A stretch of DNA of 64,000 bases from positions 56,606,001-56,670,000 of the forward strand of contig CM059429.1 of the NCBI GenBank assembly GCA_030390025.1. The letters are read 5' to 3'. Below are positions 25,800 through 38,907 of this stretch, one piece after another (within the stretch, counting starts at the first letter, position 1; the number at the start of each line of letters is the position of its first letter). The translations under genes were made by a program, and so were the position numbers. The notes below the pieces were generated by a model, which worked only from the letters and a program-made list of their open reading frames with translations, did not search any database and was not told the origin of the DNA. The DNA is from Squalus acanthias (Eukaryota).

Positions 25800-27291
25800 A
25801 GCTGTGAGAGATGGCGAGATTGGTGGTACAGTGCAGGTGTCAGGTAAATGGGTGGACAGGTACAGAGTAGCCATGGTAACTTGTGAAACAGCAGACAGGC
25901 AGAAGCTTCCATACCCTTCTCTGTCTTCTTATTCCCAAGGGGGTTATGTGCGTTCATTCTTAGTTTATGCCCTCCTTGCCTGTAGATCCATCACAGCAAC
26001 AGGGGGCAGAGGATGAAAAAAAAGGAAGAAGATGATGATGAGGAGGAGGAACAGGAGGGTAGAAAGTTCTTGCTGGGAGACTTTGATGATGGCAATAAGG
26101 AAGATGATGTTGAGAACAAGGCCACACAGGAGTCCCAGGTGTAAAATATGACCCCATGTCCCTCTGGCCCATATCATGCCTTTGTCACGCACTTTCTTAT
26201 TTCCATGCACCAACTCAGTAACTTTCACCCTGGTGAGGGGTGGGGTGGGCGGGTGGGGAGGTTGGGAATCAGACAGTGTCAGTGAGAAGTGGCACTGAGT
26301 GATCCACAGAGCACAAGGGAGGTGGAGGAATAGGGTGAGGATGTGCCACTTTCCAGGCGGAGGCTAAGGAAAAGATTGCTCATGGCTCATGGAGTTGTGG
26401 GACCCGGAACTAATTGAAAATTGCGTGAAAAGAAGAATAGTAAAGGAACATCCCACCTATGTGAAAGCTGTGAAGTCAGTGTCCAAGGATGTGCAACAAT
26501 TGACAGCTGGAACTCTGGAGTCTACATCTACTATATCCAGAAGCATAGACTGCCACCCTGGTGGCAGTAGGGGATGGATTAGACAGCACCCTTCCTACTG
26601 GATTTTAGATCCTGTAGGCTGGGATGTAGGCTGCTGTGCTTCAGGGCTTTCAGGATCAAATATGTGCCATTAGACCAACCAGGTTGCTAATCAGTGGGGA
26701 CACAGATCCAGGGTCCTGTGGAATCGAGGTGACTTGCCTGAGGCTGCCGTTTCTCAGGACAGAACATGCCAAGTGATCAGCCTTCCACCTGAGTACACCA
26801 TGTAAGTGGCACGTAGGAGACGACAGCCTGGTGCCCAGGCACCAGCTTCAGAGATGCAGCCAGTAGTGGCTCCCTCCCAGCACCAAGCTGCCATGAAAGG
26901 AGGGCCAGCTCAGTCCCGTGAGCCTTTTAAAGCACGGGAGCAACAACCACCTCTGGTAATACTGGCCCTCGCGCTGCAGCTAGGTGAAGCAGAAAATAGG
27001 AAAGAAGGGCACACATGGACACCCGGGGACACGTGGACACATGGTGGTGAGGAAACAATAGCTTGGCTTGTGGTCATTTTTGAGTTCCTGGTGCTAAGGC
27101 AATGTACAATTACATTGTGTTCTGTTATCCATGCATGGAACTCACACACGGAAGGCCTCAGAATATGTTGCAAAAAACGGTGCAGTCATTACAGGGCAGA
27201 AACAAGTCCCGCCCCAGAATCCACCTACAAAAATGTTGGTACGCTTACTTTAAGGCAGAAAATGTGCCAAAACTAGTGAGCAAATTCAGGC
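25800..27291. mobile_element. Highly degraded DNA-transposon remnant (probably Harbinger)
   Basis: GC-richer block with acidic GAT/GAG runs (26030-26110), low-complexity coding-like segments and a TIR-like end AAATTCAGGCC. Confidence 0.35.
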
Positions 27292-28340
27292 CTATAGAGT
27301 TTAATGACATTTCCAGCCAAGTGCCTGTGACCTGGGGGAACACTGCTATAGCAGTGAGGCAGCTTGAAAAGCTTATAGATTCCAATTCAGGAGCTCTTCT
27401 GCTGAATTGCCTCCAAAAGGCCTTGTTGCTTTCTCCCACGTAAATCTGTGCAAACAGATTAGTATGCACCTGCGAAGAGCGTTTATGAGTTCACTCAGCT
27501 TGAGTGAAATTGAATTTGTGGGACGGATACAATCGTACAACGTCCCTTCAGCTTCAGTTAAAATAAAGCTGTTGTGTAGGAGCCGTAGTTAAAGCCACTG
27601 TTGAGTGCTTCAACTTAATCTTCTGCGGGTTACTTTAAAATTTCATTTAGAATGGTGTGTTTCCACTATTCGCACAATAAAGTAGTTTGTATTTTATCCA
27701 GTGAAGTGGAAGATAAATCTATTAAATCTGATTGGAATAACCATCAGCTAAGAAGGATGACAATCATTTAACCGAATAGAATCATAGTTTCTTTTATTGT
27801 TCATACATAAAGCTGAAGTGTTGTAAGAAGTCCTAATGTAAAGGCAGGAGATAGAAGTAACTGACTATAAAAGTTAGTTCCTAGTGCTGTATATTATGAA
27901 GCTATTCAAATTTCACAGTGGAGGTCAGTTCCAGGAAGACTTGGTTTGTGTTCTTAGTCCACTAAAACTGTCCCAGCTCCAGAGCCCAGGGTCAAAGAGC
28001 AGAGGCCAGTTGACGAGAGTCACAAACTGCACTTTCCTGAAATTGACTGGTGCTGTTAAACTATCTTCATAACAGGTAGCACTAGTGTCAAACTGCTCAG
28101 CTCCTGTTTATACATCGGGGAAAAATTCTACCCAGGGATAGTTTACAGAGAACAAAAATAATCGGCTTTTTTTGTAAAGTACGTTTTCTAAAGCTTGTTG
28201 GTATAAAATTGTTGTTAACACCTCAACTTTTCAACACTCACATAAAACATGCTTCTCAGTTCCCAGAGGCTTCTGCCTGTATCAGACTGCTTCAGCAAGT
28301 CTGTAATCAGTATTTTCCTATAATCACAGGATATATAGAA

Positions 28341-28792
28341 TGTCAGCAATGGCACTCTCGCCTCTGAGTCAGTAGGTTGTGGGATCAAGTCTCACTCCAG
28401 ACATTTGATCACATAATCTAGGCTGACACGCCTGTGCGGTACTGAGTGAGTGCTGCACTGTCGGAGATGCCGTCTTTCAGATAGACATTAAACCGAGGCT
28501 CTGTCTGCCCTCTCAGGTGGACGCAAAAGATCCCATGGCACTACTTAAAGAAAAACAGGGGCGTTCTTCTCGGTGTCCTGGCCAATATTTGTCCCTCAAT
28601 CAACAGCACTAAAAAACACATTATCTTATCATTATCTCATTTCTGTTTGTGAGACCTTGCTGTGCACAAATTGGCTGCTGTGTTTCCTACATTACAAAAG
28701 TGATGACATTTCGAAAGTACATCATTGGTTGTAAAGTGCTTTGGGATGTCCTGAGGTTGTGAAAGGCGCTATTTAAATGCAAGTCTTCCTTT
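28341..28792 (+). mobile_element. tRNA-derived SINE (SacSINE1/DeuSINE-like), box A partly deleted
   Basis: Colinear with the reverse complement of 14546-14990. Tail GTGAAAGGCGCTATTTAAATGCAAGTCTTCCTTT. Confidence 0.9.
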
Positions 28793-29038
28793 AAAACTGT
28801 ACATAAAGCAATCAACAGATACCTAAAAGAAATTCTTGCTCACTGAAGTTTTACCAATGGTGACACATTTCCTTTCTGGTGTATAATTTGGACAGTGCAC
28901 TTTATACAAATTCATTTGTGAATGGACGTCCTGTGAGGGGTTTCCATGTAAATGCAAAGCAGGTTTCACAAGTTTGCTTTGGTGGATTAACCCAACTGTG
29001 AAGTTGCTGTTGCATGTTTCTGTAATACAGATCATTAA

Positions 29039-29278
<240 letters not shown>

Positions 29279-30423
29279 TGAAATTGTATATTGTACGTAT
29301 TAGGTTCTAAATACACTAAATGCTATAGTAATTGCTGAAATTTCACAAAAGAAATATTATTCAAAATGAATTTGATTTGTTCATTAAATCACTAAGTTAC
29401 ATCTTATGTGAAAACTCTAGTTTAGTCAGTTTGGATTTTTGAATATATTTTGAAGCACCTTTGTGGGCCCCCAAATATCTTGTGCTCAAATAGTGACTTG
29501 AATAAATACCAGCCAATTCATTACACTGCTAAATACAGTGCCCTTTGATAAACCAATCTCCTGTTTATTGAGATCTTTGGATGCAATACAATATTTTGGA
29601 GTTCTCAATCATCTTAAAGCAGGTCGATCTGCTATCTTATACAAGGATTTCACCGATGCTAAGATGCATATAATACCCAAGACCAAAAGGTATTACACAT
29701 GCTACTGAGTGTAGATGAGAACACTGCGCAGTTTATCATTAGGCCTTATGAACTACATAAAGGAAACTGCTCTATACCTGAAGAGTTTTATCTATGCTAA
29801 TGATATGGGTTATGATCTGAATTGGGGAAATAACTGCACATTAATGCATACTCGTTATACCACAGGTTCTGCCTGCTCGCAGACAATATATTATATTGAG
29901 AGATTACTGTCCTTAACTATCTATTTGCATGGAGGGAAAGCTTTGAAGAACCAGAACATTATATCGCAATGCTCTATTTCCATTTACCTGCTCTTTCCCT
30001 GAAAGTATCAAAGATTTTCCTCTTCATTGTGCCTAGGGAAGAGAAAATGGGGGCAGAGATGGTCGTGTCAGGTCTCTGTTCCCACTATTCTTCTCCAGGA
30101 TTTTTAGGGCTTCCCAAATTCAGCATAACTGGACCTGCACTGCGTTAAGCAGAGGCCCAGCATTAGCCTACAAATGAGGTGGGAGGGCATTTCTGGCCTC
30201 TCGTTTTATTTTCCTCTCTGTGTGTACTTGTGGGATGCATGAATGGAGGGGTGACCCAAGAAAGCTCAAAGTGGGGATTGCGCTGGAACTCTCCTCGGAG
30301 TAGTGTGTCTGCAGGGGCCCCGGGAGCACTTCAAAGGAGAAAGCAGACAGTATGTAAATATATTTCCCCCGCCTGCAGCACGAATTTAAGGCCTAGGGGC
30401 CATCTCACCGCTGTTCTCCAGCA

Positions 30424-31102
30424 GGGGGCGATTTTGGTCTTTTTGTCGTTCAGTTTCTCGAAACCAAAATCGCAATGGAAAACTTACCGCTGTCTTCGCA
30501 CCCGCTTCCATTGTGGCCGAGGCCTTGAAATAGGGGGCCAGAAACACGCGGGACCCTTAGTACTACATGCAAATTGGGGTCCTTTGACATACATAAGACC
30601 CTGCTGCAAATTTGAAGGTACCTGCACTGCGCAATTCCCATCCACTGCAAGATTAGCGGAATGTGGCCAAACTAGTGTCCCTTAAAGGGATTGCCAGAGG
30701 CCACTGAACAAATGGCTGCTGCATGCTTTCTGGAGCATTTTTCGAGGCCAGCGTGAGCATAATAGCATTTCCTGTATGACAAAAAAACTCTCGCTCGCTT
30801 GCTTACTCACCTTCCATCACTCCTCTCCCCCTCCCAATTAGCCGGGAGCCCCCCTTTAATACAGAATTCCTGGCTCGACTCGGTGAATGGGCTGCCGGAT
30901 TTCTCACCATTCCCCCCATCCCCCCTTCCCGATCGGTGAACTGCCTGTCAGCACTGGAAACGCACGGACAGCTCCCCTTTCAAATTTAAGTGAAGCCCGA
31001 CCATCAAAATGGTTCGGGCCGCCTACAGGTGCCATTGGGCTGGCATCCCAATTTCCCCACTCACCGCCTGCCCGATATATGTTACACATCAAAATAGCCC
31101 CC
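30424..31102. mobile_element. Non-autonomous Harbinger-type element
   Basis: Ends GGGGGCGATTTTG ... CAAAATAGCCCCC (12/13 inverted match), CpG-rich interior. The first 12 nt are identical to the TIR of the 49563 element. TSD not preserved. Confidence 0.65.
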
Positions 31103-31254
31103 ACTATTTCTCACTGATGGCATGGTTGATCTCGAGAACTAAGCATGTTAGTAATAATGAGCAAGAACCAGTGGCTTGCTCCTCCACAGGACGGCACATC
31201 AGCACCACTATGACATTTATCAGATTATTGATTCAGTAATCATTTTGCATAGCT

Positions 31255-32400
31255 GCCCTGATGGTTTCGTGTATCACTGTCTGACATGGTCCTGAGTTAT
31301 ATGGACCAGAAAGGTATTGGCCCGCATTTTCCGATTGCAGCCCTCCCGCATGCGCAGGCCTGCGATCTGGAAAAATCTACGCCCTTACCTGAGGGCTCCC
31401 GGAACGCACACGCTTCCGATCCTGGGCCTCTCCAAACTCCAAGTGCGCAGGGCCCACGTATCCCAGAGGCGCAGGCAGTTCGCAGCATCCCTGGGATCAC
31501 GTGGGCCATGGGGAGCCAATCAAAGAAGGGAATCTCCCTTCATACACTTGACAGGAAGACCTGTCAAATATATGAATGGAGATCACCCCAAAAACATAGT
31601 AAAACTTTAAATAAATTTAAAAAAAATCACATTTTTAAAATGACTTGAAATTACAATAAATTAAACATTTTAAACAAAAATTTAATTTTTTGAAAAAAAA
31701 ATTAAAGTTTTTTACAGGGCTAAAATAAACTTACCTTTTTTAAAAGTATTTTTAAATGATAAATCAGTGAAAAATTCTTTTTTTTTAACTTTTTTCAACT
31801 CTTATCCTGGTAAAAGCAGGCCTTACGTCTGCTTTTACCAGGTGTAAGAATTGTAAGGGTTTTCTGCGGGCGGAGGTTCTCCAAAAAGTGGAACTATCCA
31901 CCCGCAGAGGCCCTTCTCTAGGGTAGCCAAAGCATTCTTGACAGATCGGAAATGCCGGTTTTCAGCGCATGCACTGTGCATGCCTGAAACCGGCATTTCC
32001 AATGTCCCTACGGGTGGGTACACAGCGCGTACCCATCCATAGGGATCGGAATATCTGGGCCATTGTGTTTGATCCCCGTACTGTGTTGAGTTAGCTGATC
32101 TCGGTTAGGAACTATAAATTGGCCTCAATGCCTCTGGGCTAAAGAGGGGAGAAATTAGCCAGGCTTCTACTCTTGATCACTATCCAAGCACTCAGCTAGA
32201 AAGTGTGCATGAATGAACGCCAAGGAAGAACACTATCAGACTATCAGACTCAGCTATGATGCTCCCATGTTGAATAGTCCGTCAATCCAAACACTCCATA
32301 GTCAAGGTAATCACATAAGGAACTGACTGCTTTGCTGAGGTACTGGAGGGCTGCAGACACCTGTGGGATCACACTCCAGCATGTTTCAACTTCTTCAGAC
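31255..32400 (+). mobile_element. Old tRNA-derived SINE (second family) split by the 31319-32061 insertion
   Basis: Sequence left and right of the insertion joins into GGACCAGAAAGGT-ATT-GTGTTTGATCCCC...GAGTTAGCTGATCTC, which resembles the reverse complement of 62340-62736. Confidence 0.55.
31319..32061. mobile_element. Non-autonomous Harbinger-type element, 743 bp
   Basis: ATT|GGCCCGCATTTTCCGAT ... ATCGGAATATCTGGGCC|ATT (14/17 TIR, ATT TSD). GC-rich arms around an AT-rich core. Confidence 0.85.
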
Positions 32401-32449
32401 GAAGAGGAAGGACAAAAGCTAGGGGAAATAATTTAGCAACACTAGTTCC

Positions 32450-32481
<32 letters not shown>
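32450..32481. repeat. Compound (CT)n(AT)n microsatellite
   Basis: Directly visible in the sequence. Confidence 0.9.
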
Positions 32482-33907
32482 TATCCCATGCAGTATAGGA
32501 CCACTTGTCTAACATCACAGAAGAGTGCTGGAAAATAACAAAGCAGCAATCTATAATGTAATTTTCATTCACAATCAAAATCTGTAATATCTACACGTAC
32601 ATTCCACTTTCAGAGCTCAAAGAATAATCATGAGTGAAGTACGAGCACTAACACTTTCTAAGTACTTGCCCCTCAGTGCATGCAGAAGCCACATTAATGC
32701 AGCAGCTGCCACAGTGTAGCTTTAACCCTGTGACTTCTCTGCATTCCTCACAGCTTCATCTGGTCTCATGAGGCCTATCATCTCTTATGTGGCTTGCTGT
32801 GATCTACTTCCCTGCTAAATTCCCCAGAACAACTAACATATGGATCTTTTACTAAACCCAGCATGAATGACAGATTTAAGTCAATCAGTGACTTCTTCAT
32901 GACGGTTCAGTGTTGGGAATTTAACTTTTCTCAGACAGTAGGAATACTGAATCGGCTAACTTTTATTGAGCTATTTCTTGTAATAAATTTTAACATTTTT
33001 AAATGACAGTTATACTACCATTCTTTACTCCTTTTAAATCTAGAATGTGCTCACAAAACATCTGTACCACAATAAAACACCCGACGACAGTTAACGGCTG
33101 AAGAACTTCAACAGGTTTAATTCCACACAATTATCATATGGACAGAAATAAATCAGGAGCTTTACATCTTTTTGAAAAAACACATTGCTCATAAAAAGAG
33201 TAGATTTTTGGACAGATTCAGAAAGTGTTCAGCTTGTGCATTGACACCTGCATATAAACTGGAACACGCTCATAGAATTGTGCCTGATTACTGAAGGTTT
33301 TCACTCCTCTGAAATTCCGGAATCCTAGTGGGTTTGGCGTTTTGTCTGAGCATGCCCTATTGAATAAGCCAAAAGGTCACTGATTTCAGTGACAGCTTGG
33401 ACTGAGAATTGCAAAGTTCGGGTAGAGAGTTAGAGGAGACTACACTTTGCAGAAACATTTGGTATCGGCTGAAGGTATGATCCTGGAGAATCTGTTTAGG
33501 TCATTTTTAATTTTTTACAGCTTTATAGTCTGATTACTGTCAGGATTGTAGCAAATAATTGCCGAATAAAATAAATCTTTAAACGATGCATTATTAAAAC
33601 TGATATATAAATATATAAAATATTTGGCTCAATTAGAGCACTTCGAGGTACATCATGTTAATTTTCAATAATACCAATATAGTTTTAAGCAAATATAATT
33701 CAAAATTTAATTGGCTTATTGCAATATTTCACTTGATATCTATTGGGCTGTTAGGTTATTGTTTTTTGCACATGAACTGTGCATTACTCTGTTCATCCTT
33801 GTTTATTTTCATTTTATTATTCATACTTTAATTATGGTGATAATTGTACTAAAAGTAATTGAATTCAATTAAAATTGTCCTGGAAGTGATCCTGTTTAAT
33901 TTATTAG

Positions 33908-34073
33908 GTTTGGTTCAGCAACCGCCGAGCTCGTTGGAGGAAACAAGCAGGAGCCAATCAACTATTGGCATTTAATCACCTGATCCCTGGAGGATTCCCA
34001 CCCACAGCAATGCCAGCGCTGTCTCCTTACCAGCTGTCTGATGCCAGTTATCCACCTACATCCATACCACAGG
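33908..34073 (+). CDS. pax3: Pax3 internal exon (exon 6 equivalent): homeodomain recognition helix (Ser50) and following segment
   Basis: Acceptor ttttattAG|GTT, donor CAGG|GTAAAA, 166 nt, phase 0 to 1. Translation [55 protein letters not shown], in frame with the previous exon. Confidence 0.97.
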
Positions 34074-34411
34074 GTAAAACAAATCCTCATGTTTAAGCCA
34101 TGTGAACATTTTGCTGTCTGTATTGTGACAAAGAACATTGTTACAGCATAAGATCTCAGAATTGTCAATTAAAAGCATCTGGCTGGACCTGTGCTCCAGA
34201 ATCATTCGGAATAAGCCAAGAAACTTAAAAAAAAACAGATTTTAGCATTGGCTTATTTTTTGCTCACAATTATAATGCTGGTGTATTAAAAATAATTGAA
34301 ATCCTCTAGAAAGAAAAAACAAGTAGTAGGTCTGCAATGGCTACACCATCTTTGGCAGTATTTCCTTCAACTGGATTCTGTGTTTCTCTAGCTTGGGAGA
34401 GTAAAGATATA

Positions 34412-34597
34412 GGGGTAGAAATTCTTCTTGAGCTTTAGCGCAAAATGGCCAGTATGGAATTGGCCGCCTGTTATACTCCCCGCCTGATATTCAATTTCAT
34501 TGACTTCAATAGAACTGAATATCAAGTGGGGTTTATAACAAGTGGCCGGTGCGATAACGCCTGTTCAGCACTACCGCCCAAGTCGAATTTCTCCCCC
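34412..34597. mobile_element. MITE (Harbinger-type), 186 bp
   Basis: ATA|GGGGTAGAAATTC ... GAATTTCTCCCCC|ATA, with a central imperfect palindrome TTCATTGACTTCAATAGAA. Confidence 0.85.
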
Positions 34598-35257
34598 ATA
34601 CTGTTTAATTATTGGGGTCCCCGATTCTGGTGGTAAAGTGGTTGTTCTGCAAAATTATTTAAGAGTAAGTCATTCATTCTTAAAATTGTGGGGAAACTGA
34701 AAAGTTTCATTGTTATTTATTTGTTTCATATACCCAGTAACACAAAGTTTTCACATTTGTCTTGATCACTGCCTACAAGGCTTCTCTGCATGATTCCTAA
34801 AAGCAGTTTGAAGTTTCTGCTGCAATCATTTCTTCCAGATGTTTCCTGGCATTGAAATAACCTTTAGTTATGCTAACTAGCTATCAAACAACTTTGGTGT
34901 GTACATTTAAGAAAGCATTCTTGGTTGAATTTTTGTCCTCAAGATATTGGCACTAGGAAATGGAACACTTACCATTTTGTGACCCAGTGTCACTATCAAT
35001 CACTTCTAGTTAAATCCCAAGTTCGATACAGAGTAAAACTCCCTTTACACTGCCCTACAATGGTGGAAGATTTCCTCTGCGCTCTATGTGTAACAAAATC
35101 ATAACCTTGCTCTTAACGAATGCTAACAATTTCGCTATACATAGCTCACGGAGGAAATCTTTCCCTGCCAAAATGCCTTACCTAATTTCCCCTCTCCACT
35201 GCTCTTGTGTGACATTTACTACATTTGCCATCTTAAAAAGGGGTGGTGGGGGGGGGC

Positions 35258-35393
35258 GGGCAGTGAAGTTGTTCTTCGGCCGTAGTGTAAAATGAGTGAT
35301 GACGAATCGGCAGCCCGCATTAAACTGCAGCCAATTTTCTTTTCCATTGAAGTCGCTCGATTCGTGCTGCCGCCGAAGACTTATTTCATCCCC
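35258..35393. mobile_element. MITE related to 46118-46225
   Basis: Inverted ends GTGAAGTTGTTCTTCGGC ... GCCGAAGACTTATTTCATCCCC, and core TTTCCATTGAAGTC. Confidence 0.65.
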
Positions 35394-36095
35394 GAGATGT
35401 TCAATTTAGCATGAATTAGTTCAATGGATCTACATTCACTAGGAACCGAGTTCAGGAAGACCAAACTCTTTTGTATGGGATCCTTGCAGCCAGCAGACAT
35501 TGGAGACTTTCATCCCATCAGTGTGGGCAGGATTTTAAACCAGGCCCCAGAGTTGAAAGGACAGAGTGCTAACAGACTTTAGATGAACTGCTACTAAAAT
35601 AGGAAGCAATGCCTTGGCATAACAGTGGAAAAGAATAAAATTGCCTGCCAAATCTTCAAAATCCCCAAGCAGATATGAACTTTTCTACACTTGCACCCAT
35701 CATACAGATACAAAATGACAGTGGGGATTAAAAGCAAATACATTTTTCAATACAGCCGAAGTCCAATATTATTCAGTCATTTTGTTATATGATAAGAAAA
35801 CATCCAAATATATGTTTATTGTGCTAAATACTATGCTGTTTATACTGTGGTGTGTTCAATCCAACAATATATAATAGAATATATTATCAAGGCATTCTCA
35901 GTCAATCACACTGAGGCTACCTTTCAGATAACTTGTATTAGGTGTTTAAATGAGGTGCAATTGCTATTGTATTTATAAGTATTTATTGTTATTTATAAGT
36001 AGGATGGAATTGTGTTTATAAAGGCAATGTCTTCATGAAAAAGCATTTGGCAAATTCTTTTCTTGCTCGAGAGGAAGAAGAGCTAAAAGACTATA

Positions 36096-36340
36096 GGTTA
36101 AATTTTGCAAGGCTAGGCTTCCGATATGGAGCCTTGCTTGATGGAGCACGGATTGAAGATTTGGGCATGTAAGACAGTGCATCCAATTCATAGCACTCCT
36201 GGTTTTCTAGTGGTTAAAGTCAACCACTGGAAAATTGGAGGGCTCCTAATCAGGTGTGCTGATCTCTGTGCCTGATTCTCTGATCCATGCTCCTGTCTAG
36301 TGGGGCTTCGTGCCAACATTGTAGCCTCACAAAATTTGCC
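36096..36340. mobile_element. Old palindromic MITE
   Basis: Ends GGTTAAATTTTGCAAGGCTA ... TAGCCTCACAAAATTTGCC, and central hairpin TTTTCTAGTGGTT-AAAGTC-AACCACTGGAAAA. Confidence 0.6.
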
Positions 36341-36661
36341 TTTTCATCATTTTCTTCCCCATAACATCACATGCAAGGGGACACAACGGTACATTTTGAT
36401 GGAATTTACATTACTGCAGCGTGTGTTTATAAACAAATGAAAAAAGTCTTGCCAGTCACTTTTTCCTGATGACACTGCAGCTTTAAGCTATAACATTTTG
36501 AATTCTGAAATAAGAAACTGGTGAATATGAAAAATTGTAGAAAAATACTTTAAATGCTAACAGATACACGAGCTTATTGCCTTTGGACCTAGTTGAGCGA
36601 TTTCTTAAGAAGTGAAAATGATGCAGCATTAATGATACAATAAATGTTATTGTGCTTTCAG

Positions 36662-36876
36662 CAATCTCAGATCCAAGCAACACAGTTCACAGGCCACAGC
36701 CTCTGCCTCCGACATCAGTTCACCAGAGCAGCCTCCCTTCTACTCCAGACAGCAGTTCAGCTTACTGCTTATCCACCAGCAGGCATGGATTTTCAGGGTA
36801 CACAGACAGCTTTGTGTCTCCTGCAGGGTCGACCAATCCCATGAACCCAACGGTTAGCAACGGCCTCTCACCTCAG
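36662..36876 (+). CDS. pax3: Pax3 internal exon (exon 7 equivalent): Pro/Ser/Thr-rich transactivation region
   Basis: Acceptor gctttcAG|CA, donor CAG|GTCAGT, 215 nt, phase 1 to 0. Translation (A)[71 protein letters not shown], contained in ORF 36652..36951. Confidence 0.96.
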
Positions 36877-38907
36877 GTCAGTTTTGTGATTCAAAACAGG
36901 GTGTCTACTGTATATGTGAACCAAATAGCTTACTACCCAAGGCAAAACTAAAGAAGCATTTCTAAATTTAATTCATTGCACAAATCTGTCTGTGCAGCTC
37001 ATGTGACTGTGCTAGTTTGTGGCCATTCATTTTTCAAACTAATCGTTCAGATACTTGATTTCCTTGACATTTTATAAGACGAACCTTTTGCTACATCCAT
37101 CATCTTTTAGAATATTAGAAAAAATAAAATGCAGTCACACACGTAGATAAGTATTGAGAACACAATATTAAGAATAGTTACTAAAAATTAAGGACAACAT
37201 TTACAAAGAAACATTAAAAATTGAACTAAAACCATTTTCCAATGTGAAATTCAATGACAATTTTTAGGTTACTGTAACATCACAGTTCATCAATGTAGAT
37301 TACCATTCAATTCACTAACTTATGTTTTTTCAGTTGTTTAACACATGCTTTAATTTTTTTTGCTATTGTTTCTAGCAGGTATATTTTACCGTACTTTCAT
37401 CATTTCAATCCAGACACTTACTGATGTATGCAGCATACTATGTTTAAGATATAATTCAACAGTGCTACTTTATACATTGTAAATCTATAAACTGAACAGA
37501 AAATTTCAAGAGAGAAATACTAAAAAGTGAAGAGTGCTTCACAAATAGTACTCTAAGTGGAGCATTACTACAAGATCCTCTTTAGATGTAAGATTGAAAT
37601 GAATCTACCTGATCATTTTTTAATGAATAGCCACTTTTTTTGCTGAAAGTACCTCATGAAATGATATTAGGTGTACAAATGGGAACTGACAATATCAACT
37701 TACCCTTATTGATTAAAATGTATGCTTTATCTTTCAATGCTTTGTTCAGCAATTTTATCATTTTAATATCATAACGTTACCACTCTGCAGAATATACGTA
37801 TTGCTACCATAGGGTCAATAAATCATCTTCAGATGAAATTACCACAGATACTACTGTAAGAGACTTAAACTTTTTAAATGTATTACCAGCTGGTGGAAAG
37901 TTGACATTATCATTTTATTAAAATATACTGTCTCCATTTGTTAGCATAAGTTGGACACAGGTGTCATCTGATATGTACACCAGTTAATTTTTAATATAGG
38001 TCACAAGGGACTGGAACCTATAATTAAAAGTGAGTAATTTCAGAGCTAAGAGATAGACTGCTAAAGGTGCGATTTTCTTGAAAAGCTTTCTATAAATTGA
38101 AGAACAGAAGGAAGCACGGAATGACATAAATGAAAAGTGAAAAGACAATTATAGTCAATTACACACCAATCATTGGCTACTGCTACCGCCTGAACAGTAA
38201 GGGACATTTTAATAGGCAGAAAATTAGATTCTAATGGCACAAAGGGTGGCCAAAATGACTGCTTGCATCTGTGGCTTTTTATTCTTTATTTAATGTGCAG
38301 TTGCATCGCGCAATGTTGTTTCTGCTTTCTGCAGTGCACTGATAACTCACAGACCCAACAGTTCAGAGTATTGTAAAAACTATAAAGACTTAATAAACAA
38401 ATTCCCCCTTTGGGCAAATAGGAACCTTCCTGGTTTCTTTCACATTGATCACACAATTAATTGACATCTTATTTTTCTTTTCCACGAGAAATTGATTAAG
38501 AGTGTAGCAGTTTCAAACACATTGCTTTTGGGACAGAATTAGAAATTCTAAATGTCTTGTGTTCAAAATACTCAAATGCTGCTCACATTGCCACCTCATT
38601 TATTGGTTTTGCTGTCATGAATATTGTGACCTCTGGAGATGCTTTGATACTGTCATTTCCTGAGCTATAATATGAAGATTGCCTCTCAAGTGAAATAATG
38701 ACAGCAGCGCACCATCATGTGTTGCAGCCTTTTATTTCTGTTGAGGACACTGTTGGGTTGGGGTGAAGAAGAATTCTTTATGAAGTGTGGTCCATTAATC
38801 GCAAATGATTTACATTTGTGTACTTTTGCTATGTGACTATCTTGACTCTTCACCATCAAGGAATGTGAAAATCTTACTGAATAAGTGCACTCATAGGATG
38901 TGTAAAA

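Noticed and set aside
36877-36951. Read-through extension of exon 7 (VSFVIQNRV...)
   Set aside because: A canonical CAG|GTCAGT donor sits at the conserved position, and nothing in the sequence supports intron retention.
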